Shown: one piece after another, positions 18,801-28,380 of the stretch
Layout: every line of letters starts with the position of its first letter
How positions within the stretch are numbered: the first letter of the stretch is position 1
UHGV virus genome: UHGV-0202126
DNA: 40,644 nucleotides
Direction: 5' to 3' (one strand)
Source: a virus
Made by a program: the position numbers and the translations under genes
Notes under the pieces: model-generated
What the model was told of the DNA's origin: nothing
Seen by the model: the letters and a program-made list of their open reading frames with translations, nothing else
Databases searched by the model: none

Positions 18801-20362
18801 AGATTGTCAATGGATTATGTAATTTCATTGTGCAAAATTTACCTATGATTCTACAAGCAGCTATTCAGATAATCATGGCTATTGTAAATGGGTTGGTCCA
18901 GAACTTGCCTCAGATTATTTCTGCGGGTATTCAGATTATTATCTCGTTAGTTACAACGATCATACAGATGCTTCCTCAGATCGCGATGGCGGGCTTACAA
19001 ATTATCACCTCATTAGCGTCTGCAATATTAGAAGCTATACCGAATGTTTTGCAGGGGGCGTGGGATGGTATTAAAAATGGGTTTTCGAACCTATGGAATA
19101 CTATTACAGGAAAATCTAAAGAAACTAGTACAAATGTTTCTAATGACGCTACAAGCACCTCAAATAGTATGGGTTCAGCCTATAGCCAAGCGAACATGAA
19201 TATTACTGCATCTATGAATCAGATGAATACGAATGTTAGCACTCTAAGCACGATGAGTTCAAACAATGCCATCAATGCAGCAGCGAATGCAAAAAACCAA
19301 ACTACTGCGCAGTATCAAGGGATGCAAAGCAATGTCTCTACTAGCACAAGCAATTTAGCTAATAACGTAAGTCAAAATACACAATCGGCTTCTTCTATGG
19401 CTTCTAAGAATGCTAGTCAAGCAAATGCTAATGTCTCTAAGGATTTCCAAAGTATGTATGGAAATGTTAATCAGACAACAGCGAGCGCTTCGAATGCAGT
19501 AAGCCAGAATATGAATCAAGCTTCAAGCAACGCCTCAAAAGCATCTAATACGATGTACAAGAATGTAACTGGTAACGCGAAAAATATTAATACTGGTTCA
19601 AGTAAAGAGATATCTACTATGACTCGAAACGTGAATCAGTCAATGAATAACATGAGTCAGACAGTTACATCTGCTATGAGCAAAGTAACAAATACGGTTA
19701 ATAGTGGTTTCTCTAAAATATCTACTTCTAACACGCAGTCTATTAGAAACATGGTTCAAACCCTATCATCTGGAATGAATCAAATGCGCAACGCGTTTTC
19801 TAGCGGAATGAATACAATGGTTTCGATTGCTTCTAATGTATCAGGACATATTTCATCTGCTTTTAGTTACTTAGGAAACTCTTTGTACTATGTTGGATAC
19901 AACGCTGGTATTGGCTTAAACAATGGTTTAGTTAATGCGGCAAATACGATATACAACACAGCAAATAGAATTGCTAGTAATGTGGCCAACCAGATGAGAG
20001 CGGCACTTGATATCCATTCACCGTCTCGTGTTATGGCAAAAATTGGGGGCTTTATTGGTTCCGGTTTAGTCAAGGGGATGCAAGCAATGTTGCCAAAAAT
20101 TGATGGTCAAGCATTAGCTTATGCGAATGCCATTTCAGATCAAGAATATTCTGCACGATCTGTTGTTACTGCAGATACTAGAGCTGTAACTGGTAAGCTT
20201 TCTTCATCTTTTAGTGAGTTAAGCGACGATGTGCAAAACAGTCCTAATTCTGATATCAATCTTACGATTGAACAAAATTGGGATGGAAAAAAAGTTTACA
20301 ACTATATCAAGACCGAAGATGCGCGAAATGCAAATCGAATCAATTTGATCAATAAGAACTGA
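15893..20362 (+). CDS. tail tape measure protein
   Basis: 1489 aa. About nine 22-aa LPQ(L/I) repeats. Long S/N/T/M-rich periodic region. Position after the G/GT genes. Confidence 0.85.
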   Translation: MAFDGSINAIIGADLSQYNDAMNKVVNMTNSGMKAAAAAATNHSNSMVQKVGQIMSKLSANMPTNLAGIAPAMTAVFTKAGGQIQRVIASIGEKIPQPFKSAFNQVASIAQSGYSKISSGFSSVLNSISKSASGLGSSVSSGFEKIASVANYTATKVPAPFKQAFQTIGYTASTLGNLTNKGFLGIASVAQNTSNKIPSTFTKAFSAVVSSANNMANKITAPINKVVTTTGNLATQVGSKLTNAFSNAGSKAANALNSIGSNTDKASSKTASLVKQIVGVGVAFAALNKIKSGITDTVSKAAEFEQKMSNIKAVTGESSETMKKFNDAAIKAGAETAYSASEAADAIGELSKAGVSTKDILNGGLTGALNLATAGELDLKSAAEIASTALNAFKNDNLTVVDAANQLAGAANASATDVGELKFGLSMVSAVASGVGLSFNDTTDALAVFAQNGLKGSDAGTSLKTMLQNLQPQTDKAQAKMQELGLMTEEGANQFFDANGKIKSFADISQLLKDKLSGLTQQQQQQALKTMFGTDAVRAATIAMNEGADGANSMQEAISKVTAAEVAKEKLNNLKGAIEGLSGSFETLQIKVGTAVLPLLTTLVQAVDKFVDKLGQSQGLDNFVNILGQLNPILDHFVNGTKLSGDQLIKYRKAVMDVTSAIKPLIPLASVVGGALALDAALPGIKLLSKGFTSFSGIIGGVVSGPMKLFESGISNLIGLFPKIGGSLAASSAVGMSALNGMTTAMATIMQVALAAIGPAAILGLVVAGLGLVNNQFGKQIDEMLNTVTTKGPELITNLVNGITSQLPQLMASGTELISKFASAISTMIPVLINAGMQIVGTLVQGVGQNAPSLISSALQVVTSFISSVASALPQLINMGMQLLLNLVNGIIQNIPQIVSSVQQILSSFVGSITENLPQIIQTGIQILLGLIDGLTQMLPQLLPVALNAILQLIQGLMSNIPQLMQGAVQIVNGLCNFIVQNLPMILQAAIQIIMAIVNGLVQNLPQIISAGIQIIISLVTTIIQMLPQIAMAGLQIITSLASAILEAIPNVLQGAWDGIKNGFSNLWNTITGKSKETSTNVSNDATSTSNSMGSAYSQANMNITASMNQMNTNVSTLSTMSSNNAINAAANAKNQTTAQYQGMQSNVSTSTSNLANNVSQNTQSASSMASKNASQANANVSKDFQSMYGNVNQTTASASNAVSQNMNQASSNASKASNTMYKNVTGNAKNINTGSSKEISTMTRNVNQSMNNMSQTVTSAMSKVTNTVNSGFSKISTSNTQSIRNMVQTLSSGMNQMRNAFSSGMNTMVSIASNVSGHISSAFSYLGNSLYYVGYNAGIGLNNGLVNAANTIYNTANRIASNVANQMRAALDIHSPSRVMAKIGGFIGSGLVKGMQAMLPKIDGQALAYANAISDQEYSARSVVTADTRAVTGKLSSSFSELSDDVQNSPNSDINLTIEQNWDGKKVYNYIKTEDARNANRINLINKN

Positions 20363-20376
20363 TAGGAGGAACATAG

Positions 20377-21228
20377 ATGGATTTATACATTGAAAAAGAT
20401 GGTCTAAAGACAAGAATGTCCTCCTTGGGCGTTCTTGTTCAGGATATTCAAGTGTCAAATGCTGTCGTTGAATCGAATCGCAAAAGAATCAATGGGAAGA
20501 ATGGCAATTTGTTTATGGGTGCAACACATACTGAAAAAAAGATATCTGTTGTTGGGAAGTATTATGTTTCTGACGAACTACAGGATGAATTAATGAAAGA
20601 TAGGCTCAATGGTATCTTCGCTGATACTGAGCCTTATTTTATTACTCGAATGTACAGTACAGGGACAATATATGAATTTGAAAGACCCGGTCAAAAACTA
20701 GGTTTTGACTTATTAAAACCTGATAAACAAAGAAAATATCATTATCGCTATAAAGTATTACTAGATGGTGAGATTGATTATTCTTTTCAAGGATTTAGCG
20801 ATGCAGGGCTACTTTATGAGATTAGCTTTACCTTGGTAACAGCAGATGTCCCTTTTGGTATGACAGAACCAGATACAATCGAATTGTCAGGAAAGGGTGG
20901 ATTCATCGAGTACAAGGGGACCGCACCATGTAGTCAGTTAGAATGGCCGTGGGCGGTTCAAGTTATAGCAAATTCCAGTCCTGGAACAAAATTTACTGTG
21001 ACGATTGGTGATCGCACGCTAAGCTATGAAGGTAAAAAATCTATAGTATCAGGTGATATTTTCTTATTAGAGGGATCGAGTTTTACACTCAATGGTCTCA
21101 ATATTAACGATCAAACTAACCTTGAGTACTTTGTATTAGAACCTTCTGAACAAGGCTTTATCCCATATAGTACATCAATGATTGGGGCTTCAATAAAACT
21201 AATAAATAAAGTAGATTTCTATAGATAA
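20377..21228 (+). CDS. distal tail protein (Dit)
   Basis: 283 aa directly after the tape measure gene, in the conserved siphovirus order. Confidence 0.6.
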   Translation: MDLYIEKDGLKTRMSSLGVLVQDIQVSNAVVESNRKRINGKNGNLFMGATHTEKKISVVGKYYVSDELQDELMKDRLNGIFADTEPYFITRMYSTGTIYEFERPGQKLGFDLLKPDKQRKYHYRYKVLLDGEIDYSFQGFSDAGLLYEISFTLVTADVPFGMTEPDTIELSGKGGFIEYKGTAPCSQLEWPWAVQVIANSSPGTKFTVTIGDRTLSYEGKKSIVSGDIFLLEGSSFTLNGLNINDQTNLEYFVLEPSEQGFIPYSTSMIGASIKLINKVDFYR

Positions 21229-21236
21229 GTTAGTAG

Positions 21237-23252
21237 GTGAAATTGGTGACAGTTTTTAAAAATATTCGTGGCGAAGAATTTATAGCTTTAACTGAATTAA
21301 CATATACGCACAAAGTAAATGGAGAAAAATCCATTAAAGGGTCTATTTACACAGGTGACGAGGTCATTACAGGCATTGATAGAGGCTGGTCTGTAGAGTT
21401 TCAAGATGAACTTTATTATATTACGTATGCTTTACCAGTGGATAATGGCGAATCTGTGACAGTTGAATTTGATGCGATTCATGAATTTTTCTTTAAAATG
21501 GGAAAGTCTTCCGTTTATACTATTTTAAATGGATCGAATACTGCGAAAGCGTATCTTGATTTAATATTCACAAATAGTGGCTACAATTATCAATTGGGTG
21601 TTACTCTTTCAGCTTTTGAGAAACAAAACTTCGGTATGAAGAATCGGCTTGCTTTGTTCAATGATTTTATAAATAGTACGTCTACCGAATTCAAAGTGGT
21701 CGGTAAAACTGTAACGATTGTAGAGAAAGTAGGTAGTGATCTTTCGACAATTGTTCGTAAAGGATTTAACATGCAAGATTTAGTTTTAGAACATAACATA
21801 GGTGATTTTGTCACTTATGCAAAAGGATTTGGTGCTTTTTATGATTCGGAAGATGAGTCTAAAGGGCGGTTGGAAGTTGAATATATTAGCCCATTGGCTA
21901 GTATATATGGAAAATTAGAAGCTGATCCTATTGTAGATGAGAGATTCACCAATTCAATTAATTTGTACAATAAAGTAAAAGACTTCGTTGATTCATCATA
22001 TGGTATTGCCGTTTCTCTGACTGTAGAAGATTTACAAAAAGCAGGATACAAATATTCTTTGCCAAAACCGGGAGATTATATTCTTGCTATTGATGAAGGC
22101 TTAAATTTTCAGCAAAAAATTAGAATCGTTGGAATTGATGAAAGTTTTGATGTTCAAGGTAATTCGATATATAAAAGCGTAACTTGTAATTCGTTGAATG
22201 CTGCTGATCAAAAAAATGTAGCAGATTCGACAAATTCAAAAAACTGGTCTGATATTGCGAATGGAATAAAACAAATTCCTAATGACTGGCTTTCCGATGC
22301 GATTCAATCCGCTACTTCTGATTTATTGAATGCACAGACAGAATTAAAGTTCACTAAAAATGGAATACTTGCTATAGAAAAAGATAATAGCAATCGTCTG
22401 GTGATTCTAAATTCTGCTGGGTTAGGCGTTTCTACAGATGGTGGTAAAACATTTGGTTCGGCGATAACAGCAGAAGGCGTTAACGCATCAGCAATTCACA
22501 CAGGGATTCTTAAAGCTATTAATATTGAAGGAGTAACTATTAATGGTAGTGAAATTTATGGTGGAAAAATTAGAGGGGCGGAAATCATACAAGAAACAGA
22601 AGACTTCTCAGATAATCTTCTGTTAGGAATGCAGCGAAGCGCATTAAGGTTTTATAAAAATGCTAGTGATGCAGAAGATCCTAACAAAAGAATCATATCT
22701 ATTTGGGGGGATAAATCGACAAATGGGACCCTCATAATTAGTGTCAATAGCAGTTTTTATTTCAGAATGTATGGTGATAGTCATTCTGAAATGTCGACGT
22801 CTAGGTTATTGGTTTTAGGAGATTTCACTGTTACTGGTGCCAAAAATGCAATACACCTAACAAGAGATGGTGCTAGAGCAACACCAGCTTATGAAACAGC
22901 TGAAAGCTATTTAGGAGATGTCGGCAGAAGTGTAACAAGCTCAAAATGCGAGATTTGGGTTCCGATAGACGAAATCTTTAGTGACACTGTTAATTTAGAC
23001 ATTCCGTACGAAGTTTTTTTACAACCTTATGATAATGCGAAAGTTTGGGTGTCTGATTTTAAATCGGATGCTTTTTTAGTATGTTCTGATAAACCGAATA
23101 TTAGATTTACTTGGGAATTAAAAGCAAAACGTAGAGGCCATGAACATGAACGCTTAGTTTTGGCGGATGATATAAACAATGACAAGTTAGAACAAATTTG
23201 GGGACCAGAAGAATATAAAGAAAAATTGAGAGAAGGTGATGGAGAATGCTGA
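21237..23252 (+). CDS. tail-associated lysin / tail fibre base (Tal)
   Basis: 671 aa after Dit. GTG start. Confidence 0.55.
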   Translation: MKLVTVFKNIRGEEFIALTELTYTHKVNGEKSIKGSIYTGDEVITGIDRGWSVEFQDELYYITYALPVDNGESVTVEFDAIHEFFFKMGKSSVYTILNGSNTAKAYLDLIFTNSGYNYQLGVTLSAFEKQNFGMKNRLALFNDFINSTSTEFKVVGKTVTIVEKVGSDLSTIVRKGFNMQDLVLEHNIGDFVTYAKGFGAFYDSEDESKGRLEVEYISPLASIYGKLEADPIVDERFTNSINLYNKVKDFVDSSYGIAVSLTVEDLQKAGYKYSLPKPGDYILAIDEGLNFQQKIRIVGIDESFDVQGNSIYKSVTCNSLNAADQKNVADSTNSKNWSDIANGIKQIPNDWLSDAIQSATSDLLNAQTELKFTKNGILAIEKDNSNRLVILNSAGLGVSTDGGKTFGSAITAEGVNASAIHTGILKAINIEGVTINGSEIYGGKIRGAEIIQETEDFSDNLLLGMQRSALRFYKNASDAEDPNKRIISIWGDKSTNGTLIISVNSSFYFRMYGDSHSEMSTSRLLVLGDFTVTGAKNAIHLTRDGARATPAYETAESYLGDVGRSVTSSKCEIWVPIDEIFSDTVNLDIPYEVFLQPYDNAKVWVSDFKSDAFLVCSDKPNIRFTWELKAKRRGHEHERLVLADDINNDKLEQIWGPEEYKEKLREGDGEC

Positions 23253-25924
23253 ATTTAGACATAGGCAAAGAACTTTCAGGCGGACATATCGTTCACGGCC
23301 GTGTTGGTGATAATAAGAGTTATACGGAAAAGATCAGTGTAATTAATGAAGACGGCTCACCATTTGATTTAACAGGATTAACAATTACTTTCATGGGAAA
23401 TACTCATAATTTCCAAACGAAGGTGATTGATTCTGATGGTGCAGCATTAAACGATGCAGAAAAGGGATTGTTCCAGTATACGTTTCCTAGTGAGGCGTTT
23501 GGAGTTGCAGGGCCTTATGAACGTGCGTATTTTCAATTTACTAATAAAAACGGAGTTGTTGCAACAACAGGAGACTTTGAAGTTATTGTACTGGATAATG
23601 CCGATTTGAACGCCAGTGAAGCCGAAACGGTTATATCTGAATTCAATAAACTGATTGAAGAATTGCAAAAGCTTCAGGAAGAAAATATTGCTGATCTTAA
23701 ACAACAACAAGATGATTATGTTGTAGAATTATCTCAAGCTTTTGCTGGAATTCAAACTGATTTAATTACTTTAGAAGGTAAGATTAATAGTTACGAAGCA
23801 AGCATAAATGAAACAGCAACGGAGGTTCAAGGTACGATCTCAGGTGCTGTGGCCGAAGCGTTAGACACAGTTAGTCAAGCGCTTGACGATTTTCAAAATG
23901 GAAACTTCTGGACAAAAGAAGAGAGTTTCAATAAAGAAGAAAGTTCCGCAAACGTGATCTACCAAGTAATTGGGAAAGAAAAAGCTGAAATAACTTTTAG
24001 ACTGGATGCAAAAAGTGAGTTTGTTAAGGTTTCGTCAGTAGGTTACACAACTTTATTATCACCAACGAATGTGAGTTGGACACCATTGACAGAAGAACAA
24101 TTGAACAACTTATCTTCTTTGGACGGAAGTCTTTACTCTGCTAGAGATGTCGCTGCTAATTATATGCAACAACTCAAATATGATTGTGATATTCTTGGTT
24201 TCTTTAAATCACTTTTGGGTGAGAAGTTCTTTACTATTCGTGGAGCGACTACTGATTCTCAAAAAGTAGAAGTATTAGAAAGTTTAATAACTGATTTCAC
24301 TTCAAATGTTTACGGTTATGGCTCTGGTGGCGGTATTAATAAACTTACTCATCGTAATTGGAATGGAACATGGACGGTTAGTGATTCTACCGCAGCAAAC
24401 GAAGTTACCAGAATTGGTCAGACTATAGAAAGTACCGATACTAACTGGAAGAAATTGATTAATGGCGGAAAAATCTCTGTTTTAAGCAACAGTGAGCCCA
24501 CGATTAGTCCAAACTATTCAACAGTGAATATTGATTATCTGTGTCTTGATGTCACTATTGAGCTATCTGCTAATGAACATTTTGAATACATGATAGCGGC
24601 CTATAGCGGAGAAAATATTGATAAAAAGTTTGTTGGTTTGGAAAATGTAGACAATTATGGAACTGCAACGCAAGCTGAGGCTGAGAGTGGAACGGCAACT
24701 GACAAGTTCATGACTCCTTTACGAACAAAACAACATGTAAGCTCGCGCATAGCTACACAGGCAGAAGCTGAAACGGGAACTTCTAATTCAAAGGTTATGA
24801 CACCAATTAGAACGAAACAGTTCTATGATCAACAAGCAATTGAAAGACCAAAATTTTTGAGCAATGCAACAAATTTTTGTGCTCATAGGGGTAATAACGC
24901 AGAATTTCCAGAAAACTCAGTAATGGCCTTGAAATCAGTCACACGTCACAGATTTACTGAATTTGATGTAGATATCACAAAAGATGGTAAATGGGTAGTC
25001 ATGCATGATGATACGGTTGATCGTACTACTAACGGAACTGGTAGAGTGGACTCATTAACTTTAGCTCAAATCAGAGCATTAAGAATCGACACAGGAGCTG
25101 GGTTGGGCTATTTAACAGATGCTGAAAAAATAATTCCTACAATGAGTGAAGCAATTCAATATTGCAAATCGGCGGGGAGTGTTCCATTCGTTGAGATTAA
25201 ATCTAACAATTACACAGACAGTCATCTTCAAGAATTTATTAATGTGCTGAAACAAGCAAAGATTCTAAACGGTGGTTGTGTCGTCATTTCTTTCGATAAG
25301 ACAATTTTAGAAAGACTTCGAAATATGTCTAATGAAATTGAACTTTCGTGGGTCATGAATTCGGTTACTCAGACTGAATTAAGTGAATGTATTCGGTTGC
25401 GGATGTCAGCGGACGTTGCTTATAATCATGCGACTGTCACAAAAGACATGGTTAATGCATTTCATGACAATGGCTTGCAGTTGAATGTCTGGACAGCTCC
25501 TGACGATTCGTTTGAAAGCTTGAAAGAAAAGGGCGTTGATGTGATCACAACGAATAGCCGTTCTGGTGATCTACGTTGGAGCTTGCTTACTTTGGATAGT
25601 AATTTTACTCACTACGCTGAAGGTGGGAATTTAAGACAGCCATTTGTCGAAGAGGTATCACCAGGAGTCGCCAAGGTAACTTTTACAGTAATCGGCGGAG
25701 TAAATACGAAGCAAACTAGAATATTATCTTTTCCAGACTGGGCGACACCGTTGTACACAAGTTGGCATCTTTGCAATATACGGACTTCTAGTGGATCTGA
25801 CTTTGCTACGGTCGATGTGTATGGTAAGGCTTTAAGCGCGGATAAGCGTGGAGTGGTCGTTGGATTGAATTGGGATGCTCGGACAACTTGGGCAAATGGA
25901 AGTTTTACTTATGATTTGTATTAG
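23246..25924 (+). CDS. receptor-binding / upper-baseplate-like protein with C-terminal glycerophosphodiester phosphodiesterase (GDPD) domain
   Basis: 892 aa. BppU-like N-terminus, then coiled coil. Two phage-fibre repeats (TQAEAE.GT...K.MTP.RTKQ). C-terminal HRGNNAEFPENS...MHDDTVDRTTNGTGRV has the GDPD signature. Confidence 0.65.
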   Translation: MLNLDIGKELSGGHIVHGRVGDNKSYTEKISVINEDGSPFDLTGLTITFMGNTHNFQTKVIDSDGAALNDAEKGLFQYTFPSEAFGVAGPYERAYFQFTNKNGVVATTGDFEVIVLDNADLNASEAETVISEFNKLIEELQKLQEENIADLKQQQDDYVVELSQAFAGIQTDLITLEGKINSYEASINETATEVQGTISGAVAEALDTVSQALDDFQNGNFWTKEESFNKEESSANVIYQVIGKEKAEITFRLDAKSEFVKVSSVGYTTLLSPTNVSWTPLTEEQLNNLSSLDGSLYSARDVAANYMQQLKYDCDILGFFKSLLGEKFFTIRGATTDSQKVEVLESLITDFTSNVYGYGSGGGINKLTHRNWNGTWTVSDSTAANEVTRIGQTIESTDTNWKKLINGGKISVLSNSEPTISPNYSTVNIDYLCLDVTIELSANEHFEYMIAAYSGENIDKKFVGLENVDNYGTATQAEAESGTATDKFMTPLRTKQHVSSRIATQAEAETGTSNSKVMTPIRTKQFYDQQAIERPKFLSNATNFCAHRGNNAEFPENSVMALKSVTRHRFTEFDVDITKDGKWVVMHDDTVDRTTNGTGRVDSLTLAQIRALRIDTGAGLGYLTDAEKIIPTMSEAIQYCKSAGSVPFVEIKSNNYTDSHLQEFINVLKQAKILNGGCVVISFDKTILERLRNMSNEIELSWVMNSVTQTELSECIRLRMSADVAYNHATVTKDMVNAFHDNGLQLNVWTAPDDSFESLKEKGVDVITTNSRSGDLRWSLLTLDSNFTHYAEGGNLRQPFVEEVSPGVAKVTFTVIGGVNTKQTRILSFPDWATPLYTSWHLCNIRTSSGSDFATVDVYGKALSADKRGVVVGLNWDARTTWANGSFTYDLY

Positions 25925-25926
25925 TA

Positions 25927-25950
25927 GCACACTTTCGGGTGTGCTTTTTA
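25927..25950 (+). terminator. rho-independent terminator after the tail genes
   Basis: GCACAC-TTTCGG-GTGTGC followed by TTTTT. Confidence 0.6.
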
Positions 25951-25975
25951 TATTGAGAGAGGAAGGGGAAGTCAT

Positions 25976-26332
25976 GTGGGAATGGAACTTGAAGCTCAGG
26001 TAAAACAGCACGAAGATAAGCTAAAGCAACACGACAAAGAAATCAGTCGCTTAAATGACCTTTCAATAGAAATGCAAAAATCAATGAACGAAGGGCTTGC
26101 TCGTGTGGATGAATCAAATAGATTTTTGCGAGAACAAAATACGCGCCAATCGGAACAAAACGCTGAAATTTTGAGAGAGGTCCTAAATCGTAACAAAGAA
26201 GAAGAGAAGCATAAGTACGAACTACGTATGATTGATAAGACTAACATATGGAAACTAATCTTGGGAATTGGTGGTGGTGCTGGCGTTGTATTTGCATTCG
26301 TACTGGAATTGCTTAAATTTTTGAGGGGGTGA
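25976..26332 (+). CDS. XhlA-like lysis-associated protein
   Basis: 118 aa. N-terminal coiled coil plus a C-terminal TM helix (ILGIGGGAGVVFAFVLELL). Sits immediately upstream of the holin gene. Confidence 0.5.
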   Translation: MGMELEAQVKQHEDKLKQHDKEISRLNDLSIEMQKSMNEGLARVDESNRFLREQNTRQSEQNAEILREVLNRNKEEEKHKYELRMIDKTNIWKLILGIGGGAGVVFAFVLELLKFLRG

Positions 26333-26544
26333 GAATAATGCAAAATAAGACGTTTGAAATTTTGAAATGGGTGGCCGCAATTGTCATTCCTGCGCTGGCG
26401 ACATTTGTTGGTGTGGTAGGAAAGGCGGTTAATTGGGAGTACACCGATATCACGGTAATCATTATCACAGCGCTAGGCACTTTTTTGGGAACCGTTTTGG
26501 GGGTATCAAATCGAACATACAAGATGTTTTCAGCAGATGAATAG
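26329..26544 (+). CDS. holin
   Basis: 71 aa. Two TM helices and a charged C-terminus. ATGA overlap with the upstream gene. Overlaps the endolysin start. Confidence 0.65.
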   Translation: MRIMQNKTFEILKWVAAIVIPALATFVGVVGKAVNWEYTDITVIIITALGTFLGTVLGVSNRTYKMFSADE

Positions 26545-27847
26545 GAGAGAATACATGAAAAAGAAAATTATTGTAGGAGCTATTGTAGCTCTTTTTTTGT
26601 TGCCTTTTTTTCCGAGTAACGTACAAGCTGCGAAAGGTGATCAAGGCGTTGATTGGGCTGTATATCAAGGAGCACAAGGGAAATTTGGGTATGGCTCGGA
26701 TAAATTTTCGATTAGTCAAATCGGTGGATACAATGCTGGTGGTTTGTACAATCAGTGGACTTATTCTAGTCAAGTAGCATCGACGATCGCACAAGGCAAA
26801 CGAGCGCATACCTATATTTGGTATGACACGTGGGGAAGTATGAGTATTGCAAAAACAACAATGGATTACTTTTTGCCTAAGATTCAAACGCCGAAAGGGT
26901 CAATCGTAGCGCTTGACTTTGAACATGGTGCTTCAAGCAACAAACAAGCCAATACAGAAACCATTTTGTATGGCATGCGGCGAATTAAACAAGCCGGTTA
27001 CACTCCGATGTATTATTCGTATAAACCATTCACGCTTCAGTATGTGAACTATCAGCAAATTCTAGCGGAGTTCCCTAACTCGTTGTGGATGGCTGCCTAT
27101 CCGAATTACAATGTAACGCCAAAACCTGTCTGGAGTGTTTTTCCAAGCATGGAAGGCGTAGCAATCTATCAGTTTACATCTACGTATGTCGCTGGTGGCT
27201 TGGACGGTAATATTGATTTGACAGGTATTACAGATAACGGCTATAACGGAGCTATCAAAGACGATGACGGCAAAGTTACTGTGAAGCCTGATACTGAAAC
27301 GCCTGCGATTGATCAAGGTCAGCAAGCGAACGAAACGCCTAAGAATGACATCAAAGCTGGATTCAAAGTTAAAGTGAACTTCTCTGCTTCTACTTGGTCA
27401 ACCGGCCAAGCGATCCCTCAATGGGTCAAAGGCAATAGTTACACCGTTAAGGAAGTAAGCGGAACGAAAGTATTGCTCGATGGCATCATGAGTTGGATCA
27501 ATCGCAAGGATGTTGAAATCTTGCAAACGACAAGTGTAGCTCCTTCTACAGCAAGCACTCACGTTGTCCAATCAGGTGAGACTTTGAGCGGTATCGCTAG
27601 TAAGTATGGGACAACATATCAAGCGTTAGCGAGCCTAAACGGACTAGCTAATCCGAATTACATTTATGTTGGTCAACAACTGAAGGTTTCGGGAACGGCT
27701 AGTGCATCAAGAGTTTATGTTGTCCTTTCAGGGGATAACTTATCAACGATCGCTCAAAAACTTGGGACGACTTATTCTAGCTTGGCTCAAAAAAATGGCA
27801 TTGCGAATCCGAATCTGATTTATCCAGGACAACGCTTAGCGTACTAA
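26537..27847 (+). CDS. endolysin: signal peptide + GH25-like muramidase + SH3b-like domain + 2x LysM
   Basis: 436 aa. [25 protein letters not shown] looks like a signal peptide. GVDWAVYQG resembles GH25. The two LysM repeats are [17 protein letters not shown]...YVGQQLKV and [17 protein letters not shown]...YPGQRLAY. Confidence 0.75.
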   Translation: MNRREYMKKKIIVGAIVALFLLPFFPSNVQAAKGDQGVDWAVYQGAQGKFGYGSDKFSISQIGGYNAGGLYNQWTYSSQVASTIAQGKRAHTYIWYDTWGSMSIAKTTMDYFLPKIQTPKGSIVALDFEHGASSNKQANTETILYGMRRIKQAGYTPMYYSYKPFTLQYVNYQQILAEFPNSLWMAAYPNYNVTPKPVWSVFPSMEGVAIYQFTSTYVAGGLDGNIDLTGITDNGYNGAIKDDDGKVTVKPDTETPAIDQGQQANETPKNDIKAGFKVKVNFSASTWSTGQAIPQWVKGNSYTVKEVSGTKVLLDGIMSWINRKDVEILQTTSVAPSTASTHVVQSGETLSGIASKYGTTYQALASLNGLANPNYIYVGQQLKVSGTASASRVYVVLSGDNLSTIAQKLGTTYSSLAQKNGIANPNLIYPGQRLAY

Positions 27848-28023
27848 TAAACTAGACTTCAGCTTAATTGGATGCTCTGCACAAATGACCCGAAAGGCAA
27901 CACAGCTGGTGGCTTCCAAGATTTCTATGAAACTCGCTGGTATCACGATATTAAGTGACATTAAAAAAGAGTTTAGAAGAGAATGCGCTTGCAAGATATT
28001 AACAAAAGAGCTATTATGAATGT

Positions 28024-28053
28024 GTAAGTTTTACCAGAACTTACTTCTTTTTC
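28024..28053 (+). terminator. terminator-like hairpin
   Basis: GTAAGTT-TTACCAG-AACTTAC followed by TTCTTTTTC. Confidence 0.4.
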
Positions 28054-28076
28054 ATAACTAAGTTTCATCTTGATAG

Positions 28077-28108
28077 CAACCAGTCGTGTGCGAGCTGGTT
28101 GTTTTTTT
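28077..28108 (+). terminator. rho-independent terminator
   Basis: CAACCAGTCG-TGTG-CGAGCTGGTTG followed by T7. Confidence 0.6.
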
Positions 28109-28304
28109 GTGGAACTTAGAAACATGAGTGTATCATTTGCAAAGAAATCGGTTTCTAGGTAACATCTACTCTATTGGGAAGTCACTCGCCCATAAAAAAA
28201 AGGGAACGTCAGATACAGTTACTTGGGGAAGTGGACTGTGGGGAAGATCTGACGTTCTATTTCTTTATTGTAACACGTTTAAAAAATAATAATACTCATT
28301 TAAA

Positions 28305-28376
28305 GTACCCTTAGTTCAATTGGTAGAATACTCCGGTTCATATCGGAAGATGCGGGTTCGAGGCCTGCGGGGTACA
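28305..28376 (+). tRNA. tRNA-like element (possibly degenerate tRNA-Met/CAU-type). Probably linked to the attachment site.
   Basis: Acceptor stem GTACCCT/GGGGTAC (7 bp, one G.U) with discriminator A. D-arm GTTC/GAAT. T-arm GCGGG-TTCGAGG-CCTGC. No encoded CCA. The anticodon arm is irregular: candidate loop TTCATAT, but the stem pairs poorly in every register. Confidence 0.5.
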
Positions 28377-28380
28377 TAAA

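Noticed and set aside
25996-26343. 115-aa minus-strand ORF antisense to the XhlA-like gene
   Set aside because: Completely overlapped by a well-supported plus-strand lysis gene. Ser/Cys/Phe-rich low-complexity product. No start signals.
28305-28376. Possibility that the tRNA-like element is a stop-codon suppressor (UCA triplet in the loop) linked to the in-frame TAA in the Rha gene
   Set aside because: The Rha stop is UAA, which a UCA anticodon (reads UGA) would not decode. The loop register giving UCA also pairs worst. Treated as coincidence.
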